Shown here: piece after piece, positions 13,721 through 27,800 of the stretch | Position numbering within the stretch: the first letter of the stretch is position 1 | Layout of the letters: the number at the start of each line of letters is the position of its first letter | Assembly (NCBI RefSeq): GCF_001194135.2 | Contig: NC_068989.1 | Coordinates: 24,672,182-24,736,181 of the forward strand | From: Octopus bimaculoides | Taxonomy: Eukaryota | DNA: 64,000 nucleotides | Direction: 5' to 3' | Program-made: the position numbers and the translations under genes | Notes under the pieces: model-generated | What the model saw: only the letters and a program-made list of their open reading frames with translations | Told to the model about the DNA's origin: nothing | Databases searched by the model: none

Positions 13721-13954
13721 TTTGATATTTAAATTTGATTGCTGATAAACTTTTGTTTATTCTGTTGTTACCTGTACCCTATGAGCACAGTGTGCCTGCA
13801 TACCCATGCCCAGGGATAGCACAGGTAATTGATACCGATAGTAAGAACGGGTACTCTTATCCCTTAGACGGTTATTACAACCGCTAACTCTGCTTACCTA
13901 TATATATATGTGTGTGTGTGTGTGTGTATACATACATGTATATATATTTATATA

Positions 13955-14196
13955 TTCTTTTATTCTTTTACTTGATTTAGTCATTTGATTGTGGCCATGC
14001 TGGAGCACCGCTTTTAGTCGAAGAAATCAATCCCAAGACTTATTCTTTGTCAGCCTGGTTCTTACTTATTCTATCGGTTCTTTTTCTGAACCGCTAAGTT
14101 ACGGGGACGTAAGTACACCTATATCGGTTGTCAAGCGATAGTGGGGGGACAAACACAGACACACATACAAATATATACACACACATGTATATATAT

Positions 14197-14227
<31 letters not shown>

Positions 14228-14510
14228 NNNNNNNNNNNNNNNNNNNNNNNNNNNNNNNNNNNNNNNNNNNNNNNNNNNNNNNNNNNNNNNNNNNNNNNNN
14301 NNNNNNNNNNNNNNNNNNNNNNNNNNNNNNNNNNNNNNNNNNTATATATACGACGGGCTTTTTTCAGTTTCCGTCCGCCAAATCCACTTAAGACTTTGGT
14401 CGGCCTGAGTCTATAATAGAAGACATTATCCCAAGGTGCTACATAGTAGGACTGAACCCGGAATCATGTGGTTAGAAAACAAGCTTCTTACCACACAGCC
14501 ATTCGTGCGT
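13955..14510 (-). mobile_element. SINE family B, full length, with internal (TA)/(CA) microsatellite and gap
   Basis: Reverse complement of the 35161-35576 consensus. Tail at ~13955, head at ~14510. Confidence 0.85.
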
Positions 14511-15744
14511 CTGTATATATATATATATATAACGTGATACAAAATGGGTATATAGGGCATGTGAGGATTTAAAACAATATTAAATAAAAATGTAAGGATA
14601 AGGGTGCTACACGATATATATAATGATATATTAACAATTTGATCTCTGCCGGGAAGAAAGCACCAAGGCGGCCTTTTGATCCACATGTGTGTCCGCTGGA
14701 CTTTGTGCCACGAATCACTAGTCGAACGGTTTTCTTTTTTTTGTGTTACGCTATTCCATATTGTGGAATGAAATTTCGGTAGGTCTGTAACGCAGAAGAT
14801 TAGCCAACTTCGTTTTGTCTCATCTTTTATTTTGACTACTATACAGTCGATCCTGTAGGTTCTCTTCTGGTCACTGAAAGATTATTGTGCTACACTTGGT
14901 CAGGTCTACATCCAGTAGTTCTTTCACTAGCATAAGGAAGCCTCTCCCATTTATGTCAAGACAAAGCCATGTTGTTCTCCTTGCCAGTTCCTTTGTGTAC
15001 ACAGAGCAATAAGGTATTTTTCTTTGTAACATACCGCTTCTATTCTTTTAATATTATTAGGGTATCAGTGCGAATCATGCAACCCACTTTGACTTGTGGT
15101 ACCGGCACAGCTGCAGTTAAATGGGTTAGAAACAATATTTTTCTCGTTTGTTATTTCTCATTGTTTGTTGTATCGACCTGCACAATATTTTTGACTTTCT
15201 TTACTGTTTATCATTCTAAAATTTTGAGCTGATATTTTTTCATATTTTCCCCCCGAGGTGTGTCCGCAGCAACCGCTTTGATTGTATCGCCACTTATCAT
15301 TTACGCTAGGTGAAGATGTGTTATGGAAGTAAATGAAAGTTTGCACAGTATGATTTATAATAAAATCTCCAGAGCATTATTTTATTTTTTTCCACTTCAA
15401 GGTAAAAATGACATTCAAACAATAAATTTGCATCAAGTAAAATAGAATCACTAACAGTTCATTCGGGAGCTCCGTTTGTTGCTGCTGATGATGATGTTAT
15501 TGCTGTTTTCCACTACACAAGCCAAACAACAACTACATTAACAACAACAACAACAATTGTAACAACAACAATAATGATTTCTAATAACGCATAAATCCAT
15601 AAATTTATGAGTAATGGATATCTTGACTTAAGTGCTTGACTAGTATTTCATTTAATAGACAGTGCAGGAATGTAAAGCTATGTTGACCTCAAAAGAACGT
15701 ATGTAGAGAACCAAAACAAAGTCTGACGTTCTAACACTTCTGCC

Positions 15745-16170
15745 GCATAATAATAACAATAATTCTTTCTAATTCTAGAACAAGTCTAGCAATTTTGAAG
15801 GGAGGAGACAAATAGGTAACATCAACCCCAGTACCTGGTTGGAACCCCGAAAGGATGAAAGAAAAAGTTTGAATTTCGACAGGATTTGAAATCAGATCAT
15901 AAAGAGCCGGAAATAATGCTGCTAAGCATTTTTACCGACGCTCTAACGATTCTGTCAACTAACCACCTACATAACAATAACAATAATGAAAGTAATAATC
16001 TTTTCTAGTATAGGCACAAAACCTGAAAATTTGGAGGAAGTGTATAGTCGAATACATCGGCCCTCAGTTCTCAACAAATACTTATTTTATCAACCCCACC
16101 CGGAAGGATTAAAGGTAAAGTCGACCTCGGTGGAATTTAAACTCAAAACGTAAAGACAGACAAAACGATG
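15745..16170 (-). mobile_element. Two degenerate SINE-A copies in tandem
   Basis: ccccgaaaggatgaaag...gacaggatttgaaatcaga and aaggattaaaggtaaagtcgacctcggtggaatttaaactcaaaacgt, separated by (AAT)-rich sequence. Confidence 0.7.
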
Positions 16171-17225
16171 CGAAGCGCATGGTCAGATAATTTGAGGGGA
16201 GGGAGGGAGGGGAACAGTCTACTATATCGAACCCGCATTGGAATGCTACTTTATTTCATGCATCTCGGGAAACTGAAAAGCAAAGTTGTTCATTACAGGA
16301 TTTGGAAATACGATAAAAGAGAATGTAGCTAAATATTGCAAGTCGATATTCTAACAATTTCGCCATTTAATGACCATATAACACAATATAATATGATGTA
16401 ATCATAACGTTTTAGCAATCTAATGAGCTAGCTTTCTTACTTTGCTTTTATTTGTGAATATACAATTGTATTATATAATGCTAAGTATACATACCAAAGC
16501 AAACATGAACGTATCATTTTCTGCATACTGAAATTAACACTACACGAAGAAGATTACGAAACGGCCGTAATCATATGGAAGTCATATGGTAAATAAATCT
16601 TCCTCTTTCACCCCTCCTGACTTTATGCTTTATGTATACATATGTACATACATGCATACATACATACATACATACATACATACATACATACATACATACA
16701 TACATACATACTTATACATACGAACATATATATCATAATACAAATAATAATAATAATGATGATTTCTAACTTTCGTGAAACGAAACTCTTTCAATGAGTA
16801 TAGTACAGAAAAGATATAAAAAAATTGACTTAGCTTTAATCTGTTAGTGGCACTTAGTTTATCAATCTGGTGTAGAGAAAAAAACATAAATTTAATCGAG
16901 ACTTAAACTAACAACGTAAGTACACGTAGCTAAATGAATTTTATTTCTACTCGGAGTTAGGATGAACTTGTTTTACATTCCGCAGAATAACAGCTGTTTT
17001 ATTTCTTTTGTGCGCCTTTAACTGTAGCTAGGTAACAACAAAATCGTAGGCTTCTGTTGTAGTAAAACATTCTATATATTTTGCAATACTAACACTGTTT
17101 TTACCTTGCAAAGAGAGAGTTTTTTTTTAATAAGCTGTTTGACCCGCTGCAAATGCTTCTATAGTTTAAAATATTATCAGTATGAGAATCATTATATTTT
17201 TCGACAATATTCTTTAAGTTGTTAG

Positions 17226-17254
<29 letters not shown>

Positions 17255-17259
<5 letters not shown>

Positions 17260-17470
17260 TTTTTCCTGTTTCAGTAATTTGACTGCGGCTAAGCTGGATC
17301 ACCGCCTTTAGTCGAGCAAACCGACTTCAGAGCTTATTTTTGTAAGCCTAGTACTTATTCTATCGGTTTGTTTTGCCGAACCGCTAAGCAATAGGGACGT
17401 AAACACACCAACATCGGTTGTTAAGTGATGGTGGGGGCGATAAACACAGACACACAAATACACACATACA
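17255..17470 (-). mobile_element. SINE-B 3' half
   Basis: gcctttagtcgagc...ttattctatcggt...ccgaaccgctaag...acaccaacatcggttg. Confidence 0.8.
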
Positions 17471-17994
17471 TANNNNNNNNNNNNNNNNNNNNNNNNNNNN
17501 NNNNNNNNNNNNNNNNNNNNNNNNNNNNNNNNNNNNNNNNNNNNNNNNNNNNNNNNNNNNNNNNNNNNNNNNNNNNNNNNNNNNNNNNNNNNNNNNNNNN
17601 NNNNNNNNNNNNNNNNNNNNNNNNNNNNNNNNNNNNNNNNNNNNNNNNNNNNNNNNNNNNNNNNNNNNNNNNNNNNNNNNNNNNNNNAAGTCGTCAGAAT
17701 TTTGGAATAACTTCTTTCATTTATTTTATACATATATTAGCGCTTTCGTTCGTCTTTCGAACTTGTCAAATATAACTGTGAGAATACAGAGATCTAGCTT
17801 ATTTATATAAAAACAGGTGTTTTTGGGGGTTTTGTTTATAACAGAACATTGTTTTGTTTTTTTGTTTTTTTGGGGTGAGGCTTTGGAGACAATGGAAGAT
17901 GTATAAGCAGATAGATAGATAGATAGATAGGCAGATAGAGAGATAGATAGATAGACTGATAGTCAGACAGATAGAGAGATGGATGTGGTAAAAG

Positions 17995-18160
17995 AGAGAA
18001 GACGGGCGTCTTTCAGTTTCCGTCTCACAAATCCACTCAGAAAGCTCTGGTCAGCCCGAGGCCATAGTAGAAGACTGCCCAAGGTGCCACACAGTGGGAC
18101 TGAACCCGGAACCATACGTTTGGGAAGCAAGCTTCTTACTACACAGTCACTCCTGCGCCT
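17995..18160 (-). mobile_element. SINE-B 5' half
   Basis: gacgggcgtctttcagtttccgtc...cccaaggtgccacacagtgggactgaacccggaacc...cacagtcactcctgcgcc. Confidence 0.8.
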
Positions 18161-18249
18161 ATGTATGTATATACATATGTGTGTGTGTGTGTATGTAAAT
18201 ATGTATGTATATATGTATATGTATATATATATATGTATATGTATACACA

Positions 18250-18945
18250 CAGACATAGATGCAGGCGTGGGTGTGTGATAAGAGGTTTCTTCCCAACAAC
18301 ATGCCTCAGGAGTGGAACCATGGGCAAGTGTCTTCTACTATAGCCTCGGGCCGACCAAAGCCTTGTGAGTGGATCTGGTTGACAGAAACTGAAAGGAGCC
18401 TTATATATATATATATATATNNNNNNNNNNNNNNNNNNNNNNNNNNNNNNNNNNNNNNNNNNNNNNNNNNNNNNNNNNNNNNNNNNNNNNNNNNNNNNNN
18501 NNNNNNNNNNNNNNNNNNNNNNNNNNNNNNNNNNNNNNNNNNNNNNNNNNNNNNNNNNNNNNNNNNNNNNNNNNNNNNNNNNNNNNNNNNNNNNNNNNNN
18601 NNNNNNNNNNNNNNNNNNNNNNNNNNNNNNNNNNNNNNNNNNNNNNNNNNNNNNNNNNNNNNNNNNNNNNNNNNNNNNNNNNNNNNNNNNNNNNNNNNNN
18701 NNNNNNNNNNNNNNNNNNNNNNNNNNNNNNNNNNNNNNNNNNNNNNNNNNNNNNNNNNNNNNNNNNNNNNNNNNNNNNNNNNNNNNNNNNNNNNNNNNNN
18801 NNNNNNNNNNNNNNNNNNNNNNNNNNNNNNNNNNNNNNNNNNNNNNNNNNTATAATAATTACTGGGGTCGATTCATTCGACTAAAAATTCTTCAAGACGG
18901 TGTCCCAGCCTGGCCGCAGTCTAATGAGTGAAACAATTAAAAGAT
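18250..18945 (+). mobile_element. SINE-B split by an assembly gap; head-to-head with the 17995 copy
   Basis: Head ...gggcaagtgtcttctactatagcctcgggccgaccaaagcc before the gap. Tail cgactaaaaattcttcaagacggtgtcccagcctggccgcagtc after it. Confidence 0.7.
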
Positions 18946-18999
18946 TAATGATAATATGTGTGTGTGTGTGTCTGTGTCTGTGTGTATGTGTGTGTGTGT

Positions 19000-19043
<44 letters not shown>

Positions 19044-20499
19044 GATAATTCTGCTTAGTACTGTTAATGTGGCGACTCTACTGAGATAAGATATGAATAT
19101 GTTCAACTCGAGTTCAAAGGTCTTATAGATGGATGGTTTCCGATATCTCTCTATCCAATGTGTACGAAGTCTAAAGAACATCAAGTTTGACGTAGTTACC
19201 TGTCTTGCTCACGGCTAAATGAAATTTGTAAAGCAAGAGATGATTTTGTGAGTTGCAATTCCTTAACACTCTCTCGTTTAAATTTCTGTCAGTTCTGATC
19301 TCTTATAAAAAAGATATTTATCAATTGCACGGAATTATTTTACATGCTATACCTCATTTAATATGGCAGTATATATTATGGTGGTATATATGTAGGCAAT
19401 GCACTTGTGGAGCAAGCAACAATATTTGCTGTTCATTTAGCATCCATCTCTGCAATTGATATATTTAAAGAAACTCCTCAGAAGATTTGCTTCTTCATTG
19501 TATGTGTCCCACCGCCACATACACTGACACACAAAGGGCGGAATACTTCTGATCATTTGAAGTAATAAGATCACTGGTTCGACAATGTCCCTTCCACTAT
19601 TACCAGTGTAGTCTAGAGCCAAGTGTTGTCTCTCCTTAAATTCTTTCACCTCTTTTCCGCCCCTCTCTCTAGATATATCTTAGTCTTTGTAAACATACTA
19701 CAATGTGTCACTCCTAAGAAAAGTAACCTAGGTGACTCCGTCTACGATTGAACTCCCAGCAGTCTTTATCATCCTAAGATGCTGAAGACTGCTATTAACA
19801 GTCCTCTTCCCTGACACCTTCTATCCTTCATTAGTGACCACCGTCGCGGCATCCGTAAAATTATACCTGCCGGAGAGCAGCACTCGCAAGCCACTCAGCG
19901 GTAGTCGCACATCCTGAGAAGTTCCGTGAAAGCTATATTGTTGCATTAAAAAAAAACAGAAATGCTTCTAACCATTCTTGGCATGACAATTACCTCACTA
20001 TATTGAAGTAGAAGTTTTCTGTAAAATTGCACTACCACACCCTGCACTGACTTAGAATACAATCTTTGTGATATGAAATTTATCTACTAACTTTGGTGTG
20101 CTTTATTATGATCTGCACACCTTTCCTCATGTACGATATCGACCTTTTTGCTGTGATATCTACCGAAGCTCATTCTATTGCAGTGTTTAATACTCTTCAC
20201 CCCTCTTCAACCATTTCGTATTCAGGTATCATTCTCGTCTAGCCTAGGTGCTATCTGCAACACTTGTACTGCAACCTTGAACAAAGTTTTAGAAAAAATT
20301 CTTGTAATGCTGTCATAATAATTTAGGCTCTTACCACAATGCAAGTTTACAAACATTGCTCGTATAAAAAAGTAATTTTGTACTTCACCTTAATATATGC
20401 TTGGACAACTTCACAAATAAAATTTTCAAAACTACTTTAAATTTTTGACCTCAATTTTTGATAGTCTCTTCCAGTGTGTCTACATATCCTAACATAACT

Positions 20500-20990
20500 G
20501 AAATTGCATCCCAAAAACTTTCTAATTCAGGGCAAGAAACTACTTTAGCAATGGTAAATTGATGATCCTTTACAAATTCAAGCATCACGTACAATGGGGT
20601 AATCTTCTTACATAGGGGTCAGTAAAACAGATGTTCGCATAAACATCCTTGGCAGCTTTCAAAAGAAGGTTATCCGACTGATTACCAAAGATTCACTCAC
20701 CAATACACAACAGTCTATGACCTTCAAGCATTTCTATGCTCAGCCTCTCTGCCTATTTTTGCACATTATAATGGCTTCTGCTCCTCTTTATGAGATAACC
20801 GTATACCACTTCCATTCAAGAATTCTATACACAGATTTGCTTTCCACTCGTAACCACAACTGTTTTTCGTCGCTCAACTACTCTCCCATCGAATCACTCC
20901 GGCAACCCTTCCTCACGAGAACGCCAATTCCTTGACAGTCTCCTTGGAAACGTATTTAAGCCATCGTCTTAAGATATTAAATCTAAAACT
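20500..20990 (+). mobile_element. Degenerate CR1/L2-group LINE 3' ORF remnant
   Basis: Reads NILGSFQKKVIRLITKDSLTNTQQS...LCLF...YNGFCS with frameshifts, resembling the post-RT region of CR1/L2-like LINEs. Confidence 0.55.
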
Positions 20991-21623
20991 AAACGATATT
21001 GATCTCAACAGTTCGAATAGCCTGCCAAGGCAATGGGGTATATCGTCTTTAAACCTTCTAAAACATAAAATCCCTAGAGATTAAAAGGTTTTAGGGAAAG
21101 ACGTAATTTTACATTTAGGTTTGTTTTTAAATGCCTCAATATTAAAACGTTACAAATGAGAAGAAGGGGTTAGCTATCCCTACGAGCTAATAATTAAACA
21201 ACACCAAGCATTTCGCAGACTAATAATAATTTGTTAATAAGAGACTAGGTCAGAATGTTTCTCTTCGTTTTGGTGGCAGCAGTCAATTGTATCGATTTAA
21301 ACTAACTGATTAGTAATAGTTAATATCGATTATCGATTATCGATCACAAAGGATGAACGAGAACGTTCAAGCGGGATTTCAATTCAAACGCTAAGTTAAT
21401 GTAAACAAGTAAAATTAAGGAACATTGTTCGGCGAATTATTAATTATCGTCCTTCTTAATGACTTACTTTATATTTTTTCTTCTATTTTTCAGATGAAAT
21501 TCCAGTCTTTTATTTTTATCGCGTGTCTTTGTCTACATAACTTCAAAAATGCATATTCAAAGGAGGTTTGTGAGAAACCTATTTCTCCGGAAGGAGAAGG
21601 TAAACGTTTTATCATTTCATTTA

Positions 21624-21624
<1 letters not shown>

Positions 21625-21696
<72 letters not shown>

Positions 21697-22007
21697 GTGG
21701 CTGACGATATGTGTATCTCTGATCACGAGTAGACGTAGTGGGGGAGCATCATAGCCCTGTATTGAGAGGAATTCTTTGGGAGTTTGAATAATTCACCTCT
21801 GGAAACATGGACGTTTCGTTCATCATCCTTAAAACAAACCTTATTCAGGGCTCTTTTGAGCAGGATAAGATCATCACGTCGCGCACATATGGTTGTGTTG
21901 CATGTACCTAGCGTACACTTATCAGACGGGTAGTCATGATGGGTATATTGGGCTTCGTATATTTGCACCCCATTGTCACTTTGGTGGCAAGCACCGCTCT
22001 CTCACGC

Positions 22008-22073
<66 letters not shown>

Positions 22074-22547
22074 ATGGGCTACAGCAAATATTCTGCTCAA
22101 TACCAGATTTGCTTGTCAGTTGTTTGACCGTAACCAGTTGAGCATGTCTCTTGGTGGCTGATGATATGTGCATCTCTAATCACGAGCAGAAGTAGTGGGG
22201 GAGCATCATAGCCATGTGTCGAGAGGAATTCTTTGGGGTTTGAATAATTCACCTTTGGAAACATGGGTGTTTTGCTCAACATCCTTAAACAAACCTTATT
22301 CAGGGTCCTTTTGAGTGGGATGGGCTACCCGACTTGAAGAAACTTCTAACTGGGTCCCACCTGCGAGGTTATGCGCTGTTTATTTTGATATGAGGTCACA
22401 ATGTCGCGCACATATGGTTGTGATGCATGTGCCTGGTGTACCCTTATCAGACGGGTAGTCATGATGGGTATATTGAGCTTCGTATATTTTACCCCAGTGT
22501 CACTTTGATGGCATGCACTGCTCTCTCACTCAATAATAATAATAATG

Positions 22548-22625
<78 letters not shown>

Positions 22626-23172
22626 CCCTGATGCAGTACCAGGCAGTGGCTCGCGTGGCTTCTGAACTTAACTAATTGGAAGTGTTATCATGTATGTGAT
22701 TTATCTTGGTATAAGAGAAGTGTTACAACTGATATTCTGCTCAGTACCACACATTTTTTTGTCAGTTGCTTGTCACTTGAGCATATCCTTTAGTGGCCCA
22801 CAATATGTACATTTCTGATCACGAGCAGGAGTGGTGGAGGGAAGCATCGAAACCATGTGTTACGAGGAATTCTTTGGGGTTTGAATAATTCACCTCTGAA
22901 AACATGGGTGTTGCGTTCATCATCCTTAAACGAACCTTATTCAGGGACCCTTTGAGCGGGATGGGCTCCTCGAACTGAAGAAAATTTTAGCTGAGTCCTA
23001 CCTGCAAGATCATGCGCTGTTTATCTTATAAGATCATCATGTCGCGCACATATGGTTGTGATGCATGTACCTAGTGTACACTTATCAGACGGGTAGTCAT
23101 GATGGGTATATTGGACTTCGTATATTTGTACCCCGGTGTCACTTTGATGGCATGCATTGCTCTCTCACTCAA

Positions 23173-23219
<47 letters not shown>

Positions 23220-23232
23220 ATAATAATAATAA
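21625..23232 (+). mobile_element. Head-to-tail array of three (AAT)n-tailed short retroposon copies (21696-22007, 22071-22531, 22625-23170)
   Basis: All copies share the 3' end ...gtcactttgatggcatgcactgctctctcactc+(AAT)n and have variable 5' truncation. They are separated by long (AAT)n tracts. Confidence 0.85.
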
Positions 23233-23234
23233 TT

Positions 23235-23436
23235 TTGCCACGAGGTTAGCCATTTTGGGGAGGGGACTAGTCAATTACATCAAACCTAGTGTTTCCCTGG
23301 TACTTAATTTATCGACCTCGAAAGGATGAAAGGCAAAGTCGACCTCGGCGGAATTTGAAATCAGAACGTAGCTACGTGCGAAATACCGCTAAGCATTTTG
23401 CTTGGTGTGCTAACGACTCTGGCCATCTCGCCGCCT

Positions 23437-23437
<1 letters not shown>
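23235..23437 (-). mobile_element. SINE-A
   Basis: Reverse complement of the SINE-A consensus (aaggcaaagtcgacctcggcggaatttgaa...ctcgccgcc). Confidence 0.85.
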
Positions 23438-23468
<31 letters not shown>

Positions 23469-23669
23469 ATGATAATAATAAATAAATAAATAAATAAATA
23501 TTAATACATAAATTAAAGTCGAACAAAGCAGCGTTGAATAAAATAGACGCGCGTATAATCATATTTAACATGTCCATGTACAACTGGAAGTGGGAAGACC
23601 TTTTGTTGTTGATATGTTCTTGGGAGAAAAGTTTCCTCGTGTATTTCTGGTTTTAATCAAAACAAAAAG

Positions 23670-23741
<72 letters not shown>

Positions 23742-24652
23742 GCAAACAAAAAAACAAAAGTAAACTGAAATTAGATGTTGCAAATTCAGAAGGCCAAGGT
23801 GTGTTGGTTCTTCTTCATGTCTATACAAGAAATATTAGGAACTGTTATAGCGAAGGCGAACAATAAAGCTCATAATGTACATTTGTATGGAATATGTCAA
23901 ACTTGTAAAAACGCAACTTTTGAACAAACTAAACCTGCTGTCCCCTGAAGACTTTTAGAAAATGTATGTAACAGGTTTGTAAGATCATGTACCCATGGTA
24001 AATATGCATATATTTTGGCAGATACATGTGCAACGTTTGTCAGATTAGGTAGAATATTTTTTGTGGAAAATGACATGTAAAATAATGAGTGAGTCATTGA
24101 CAACGTATTGTACATATTGAAATATTCAAACTTGTATAATATCTGGAGAGTCTTAAATATAGTTATTGTTTTCCTGTATTTTCCCGCTATTTTGGTACCT
24201 TTATTTACATTCGATCTCATTAGCAACTGTCGTCATGTACATATTTCGTCAATATCCCCAATTGAAAAAAATCGAATATTCTGACATGCAAGCCAAAATG
24301 TAATTATCAAAAAGTTTAATAAAACATCAGCGGTCATTGTTGACGGCTTGATTATTCTAATACTACATTCATTCTGTGGTGTTATCATAAGCTATACAGT
24401 TTAGAACAGATGGCGCATTGCAACTTTTTTCTGTCTACTTCATCAATCTATAAGACAATAATGCCTTCCCTTCCTCATTGGAATATTAGAAAAAATTCTT
24501 TAGTCTACTAAATTAACACTGCTATCTTTACAAACATCACCACCAGCATAATAAAGACCGTATCAAACTAATAACAAAGCAAGTGTACATGTACTAGTTC
24601 CTATTGTTTCTTCCAGGAATTAATCAAACCATATGATCTGGATTCATTTCAG

Positions 24653-24850
24653 TTGGTCCATTTATTAATATACCAAACCAATTTTATTTCAACTTAGAAG
24701 CAACTTTCGAGGACAAAAAAGAGGTTACATCATTTGTGGAATATTATGACCATCCGGGTTTGCGTGGCTTGATTACTCAAAAGGAAAACGGTGACCAAGA
24801 AAGCATCTATTACAGTTTTCAGACTAATGAGGTTTTCACAGTGAAAGATT
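24653..24850 (+). CDS. Coding exon A of a tandem ependymin-related/LolA-fold-like domain protein (GPFINIPNQFYFNLEATFEDKKEVTSFVEYYDHPGLRGLITQKENGDQESIYYSFQTNEVFTVKD)
   Basis: Acceptor gattcatttcAG at 24651-52 and donor GTAAGT at 24851. 198 nt, phase 1-1, stop-free. The P-x-Q-F...E-Y-Y-D-x-x-G-x-R-G pattern resembles the start of ependymin-like domains (family call by motif recognition). Confidence 0.9.
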
Positions 24851-27800
24851 GTAAGTAAAGATGTATGAGTTCACTAGCGCTGATTATGTTAAATTTTTTC
24901 CTTGCCTTTTCTTCTGTCACCTCATTCCTTTTCGTTATCCCTGTCTCAGACGAAATCACAATCATATATGTCATTGTAACACCGCATCCTCATAACATGT
25001 GAAAACATATGCATGTATGCACACATACATATAAACACACACACCAACGTGTGCCTATATATGGCCTATGTAAGTTCGGAGATGTTGTTCATATTGTGCT
25101 GATGCATGATGTCGCTCGGTTGTGCATGCACAATTGCCAGCATCGTCAAATTTGCAAACTGGAATATCATACTGATGAGGAAATGAAAAGTTTTCACTTT
25201 TCTGATCCAGAAACGCGTCTATGATTAACTACGACTGGTTAGTTTTCGTTGTTTTTTCTTCTTGTTTTGCCTTTGTGAGTTACAAGTAATGCTATCTGTT
25301 GGAGTTTCAGCATTTTAGCTGCTATTTCTGAACTTCGGTATGTGGTGAAGCAACTGTTGCTGATCCCTTAATTATGTTTATAAATGTATAAGAACTTTTA
25401 AATAAGTTCCTCACCGATAATGGTGTTTACATACCGAAGGGCTTGGTAAAAATTATTAATTGNNNNNNNNNNATATATATATGCATGTATATATATATAT
25501 GTCTGTATATATGTCTATATATATGTCTATATTACTTGGAAAAATGCGAGCAAGAGAGATAAAATTCTTAAGATTATAAACCTAGAAAATTACAGGGCAT
25601 GTTCTTTCACTTGGAAAAGTTCAGGAGAACTTATTACATCTTGTAAAGTGCAGAACAACAACAAAAAAAAAAGCTTTACTTAAAATATTACAGCTAAGGA
25701 CAAAATTTCAAATAAAATATTTAGAGTTAGAAAATATTAGCTTTTATTAAAACTAAAAATTCTATTACAAGTTATTACTTCTATTTGTTATTACTTGTTA
25801 CTTCTATTAAAAATAAAAAAAATAACTGAATTAAAATATTTTTTGCACTTAAAAAAAATTAATTTTTTAAATTATCAGTTGATAATTAGAAATTTGAAAA
25901 TAGGTTATAAAACATAATAGTAGTACATAATTAGTACAATAAATAGAATAATACAAAAATTAGCTATATATTACAGCAAAATCTACCTATAACAACAAGT
26001 TCACAGTAAAATTTGCTTGAGTTATTGCCTAACTTAGTGCCAAGTCTTCACATTTTTAGCCTTAACCCAATACCTATTTTTTACATAATGAATTTGCCTA
26101 CCATATATACTATTCTACTTTACATAAAACATTAGCTATATTGGTACCTCTGGCTCTCACTTTTTAAGCATTCTAGTGTCAATATTTTACCAAAATGATG
26201 GTACCTTTTTACTTATAATGTTACTTCGTAAATTAAAATCAAATAATATTATCACCCTCAAATTTGAGAAACAAACACTCATAACTGTTTCTTTTAAAAA
26301 CTTTATTGCATGAGATAGATACCATGGGATTTCTCGAATTGAGCTCTATCATTTAAGATTAATTAAAATATAGTGTTTTTAAAATAAAAAAATAACTATA
26401 CTTAAATCCAATTTTTTTGGCCTTACTTACATTTTTTCATAATATTTTACCTCACAACATTTTGATACAAATTTTTGTTGCATGGGACCAAAACTATGAG
26501 ATTCTTCATGCTTTCGTCTCTCATTGAGGCTAAGACAAATATATTTTGCTTTGAAAAAAGTTATTTAGATCTAAACTTGGTTGGTGGTGTTACTCTCCTA
26601 TAACGTTGCTAGAAATTTTGATGTAAGCTTTGTTCTACTGGATCAAATCTCAATTTTTTAATGCTAAAATGTAGCTAGGGACCAGTCCTTTTCACACATG
26701 CTAGCAGTCTTCAATTTGGTTAAGAACTGAACTGGCGACAAGCTCCGAAAGATGCTGTTTGTGAGTAAATTTCGGCCTCAAGAATATTATTCAACTACTA
26801 CTGCAGAATATATTCATATATATGTATTTATATATGCATAAGTATATATATATGTATATATGATAACATATATACACACACACATATATATATATATACA
26901 TGCAAATATATGCATATGTATTTGCTTATATATTTGTATATATATATTTTCATACATAATTACACACACATACACACACTCACACACACAAGCACATGTA
27001 CGCACACACACATATATACATATATGTACATATATACACACACAGAAGCACACACACATATATAAAATAATAATAATATATATAACAACAAAAGAATGAG
27101 ACCTCGATATTTGTAGAAACAGAGGATTATTTTATATGCTACAATTCATAGAGCAATGAGTAAACAGTTGTCATTATTAGTACTCAGTTTCGAATGTCGG
27201 AGCAAAGAGCTACTGTGCATTCTCGTCGGCTATTAAATGGCAACATACGCTACGAAAAACCGTTAAATATAAAGGAAGTAACTCTAATAGATGGAAAAAG
27301 AGAAGAATAAAAAAATGAAATATATATAAAAGGTTATAAAGGCATAAAGCACCTGCGTTCACAATATCTACATACGTACACACGCATACAAAACACACAC
27401 ACACACACACACACATACACACACACACAAACACACACACANNNNNNNNNNNNNNNNNNNNNNNNNNNNNNNNNNNNNNNNNNNNNNNNNNNNNNNNNNN
27501 NNNNNNNNNNNNNNNNNNNNNNNNNNNNNNNNNNNNNNNNNNNNNNNNNNNNNNNNNNNNNNNNNNNNNNNNNNNNNNNNNNNNNNNNNNNNNNNNNNNN
27601 NNNNNNNNNNNNNNNNNNNNNNNNNNNNNNNNNNNNNNNNNNNNNNNNNNNNNNNNNNNNNNNNNNNNNNNNNNNNNNNNNNNNNNNNNNNNNNNNNNNN
27701 NNNNNNNNNNNNNNNNNNNNNNNNNNNNNNNNNNNNNNNNNNNNNNNNNNNNNNNNNNNNNNNNNNNNNNNNNNNNNNNNNNNNNNNNNNNNNNNNNNNN

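Noticed and set aside
14969-15330. ORF 14969..15232 and nearby splice-like sites as first exon
   Set aside because: No combination gave an ATG, a signal peptide and a phase-1 donor with convincing sites.
16986-17031. Candidate signal-peptide exon (ITAVLFLLCAFNCS)
   Set aside because: There is an in-frame TAG just before the donor, the phase does not match exon A, and no ATG is available.
19430-19960. Possible minus-strand LINE endonuclease remnant
   Set aside because: Only a vague VSVYV resemblance with several stops, too weak to call.
21625-23232. CRISPR-like repeat/spacer array
   Set aside because: The context is eukaryotic, the repeats are (AAT)n microsatellites, and the spacers are homologous retroposon copies.
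24617-24652. Alternative upstream acceptor (ttccAG at 24616) for exon A
   Set aside because: It introduces an in-frame TGA in the exon A frame.
25480-26780. AT-rich segment that may be a non-coding DNA-transposon derivative
   Set aside because: No terminal repeats, second copy or ORF could be identified within the window.
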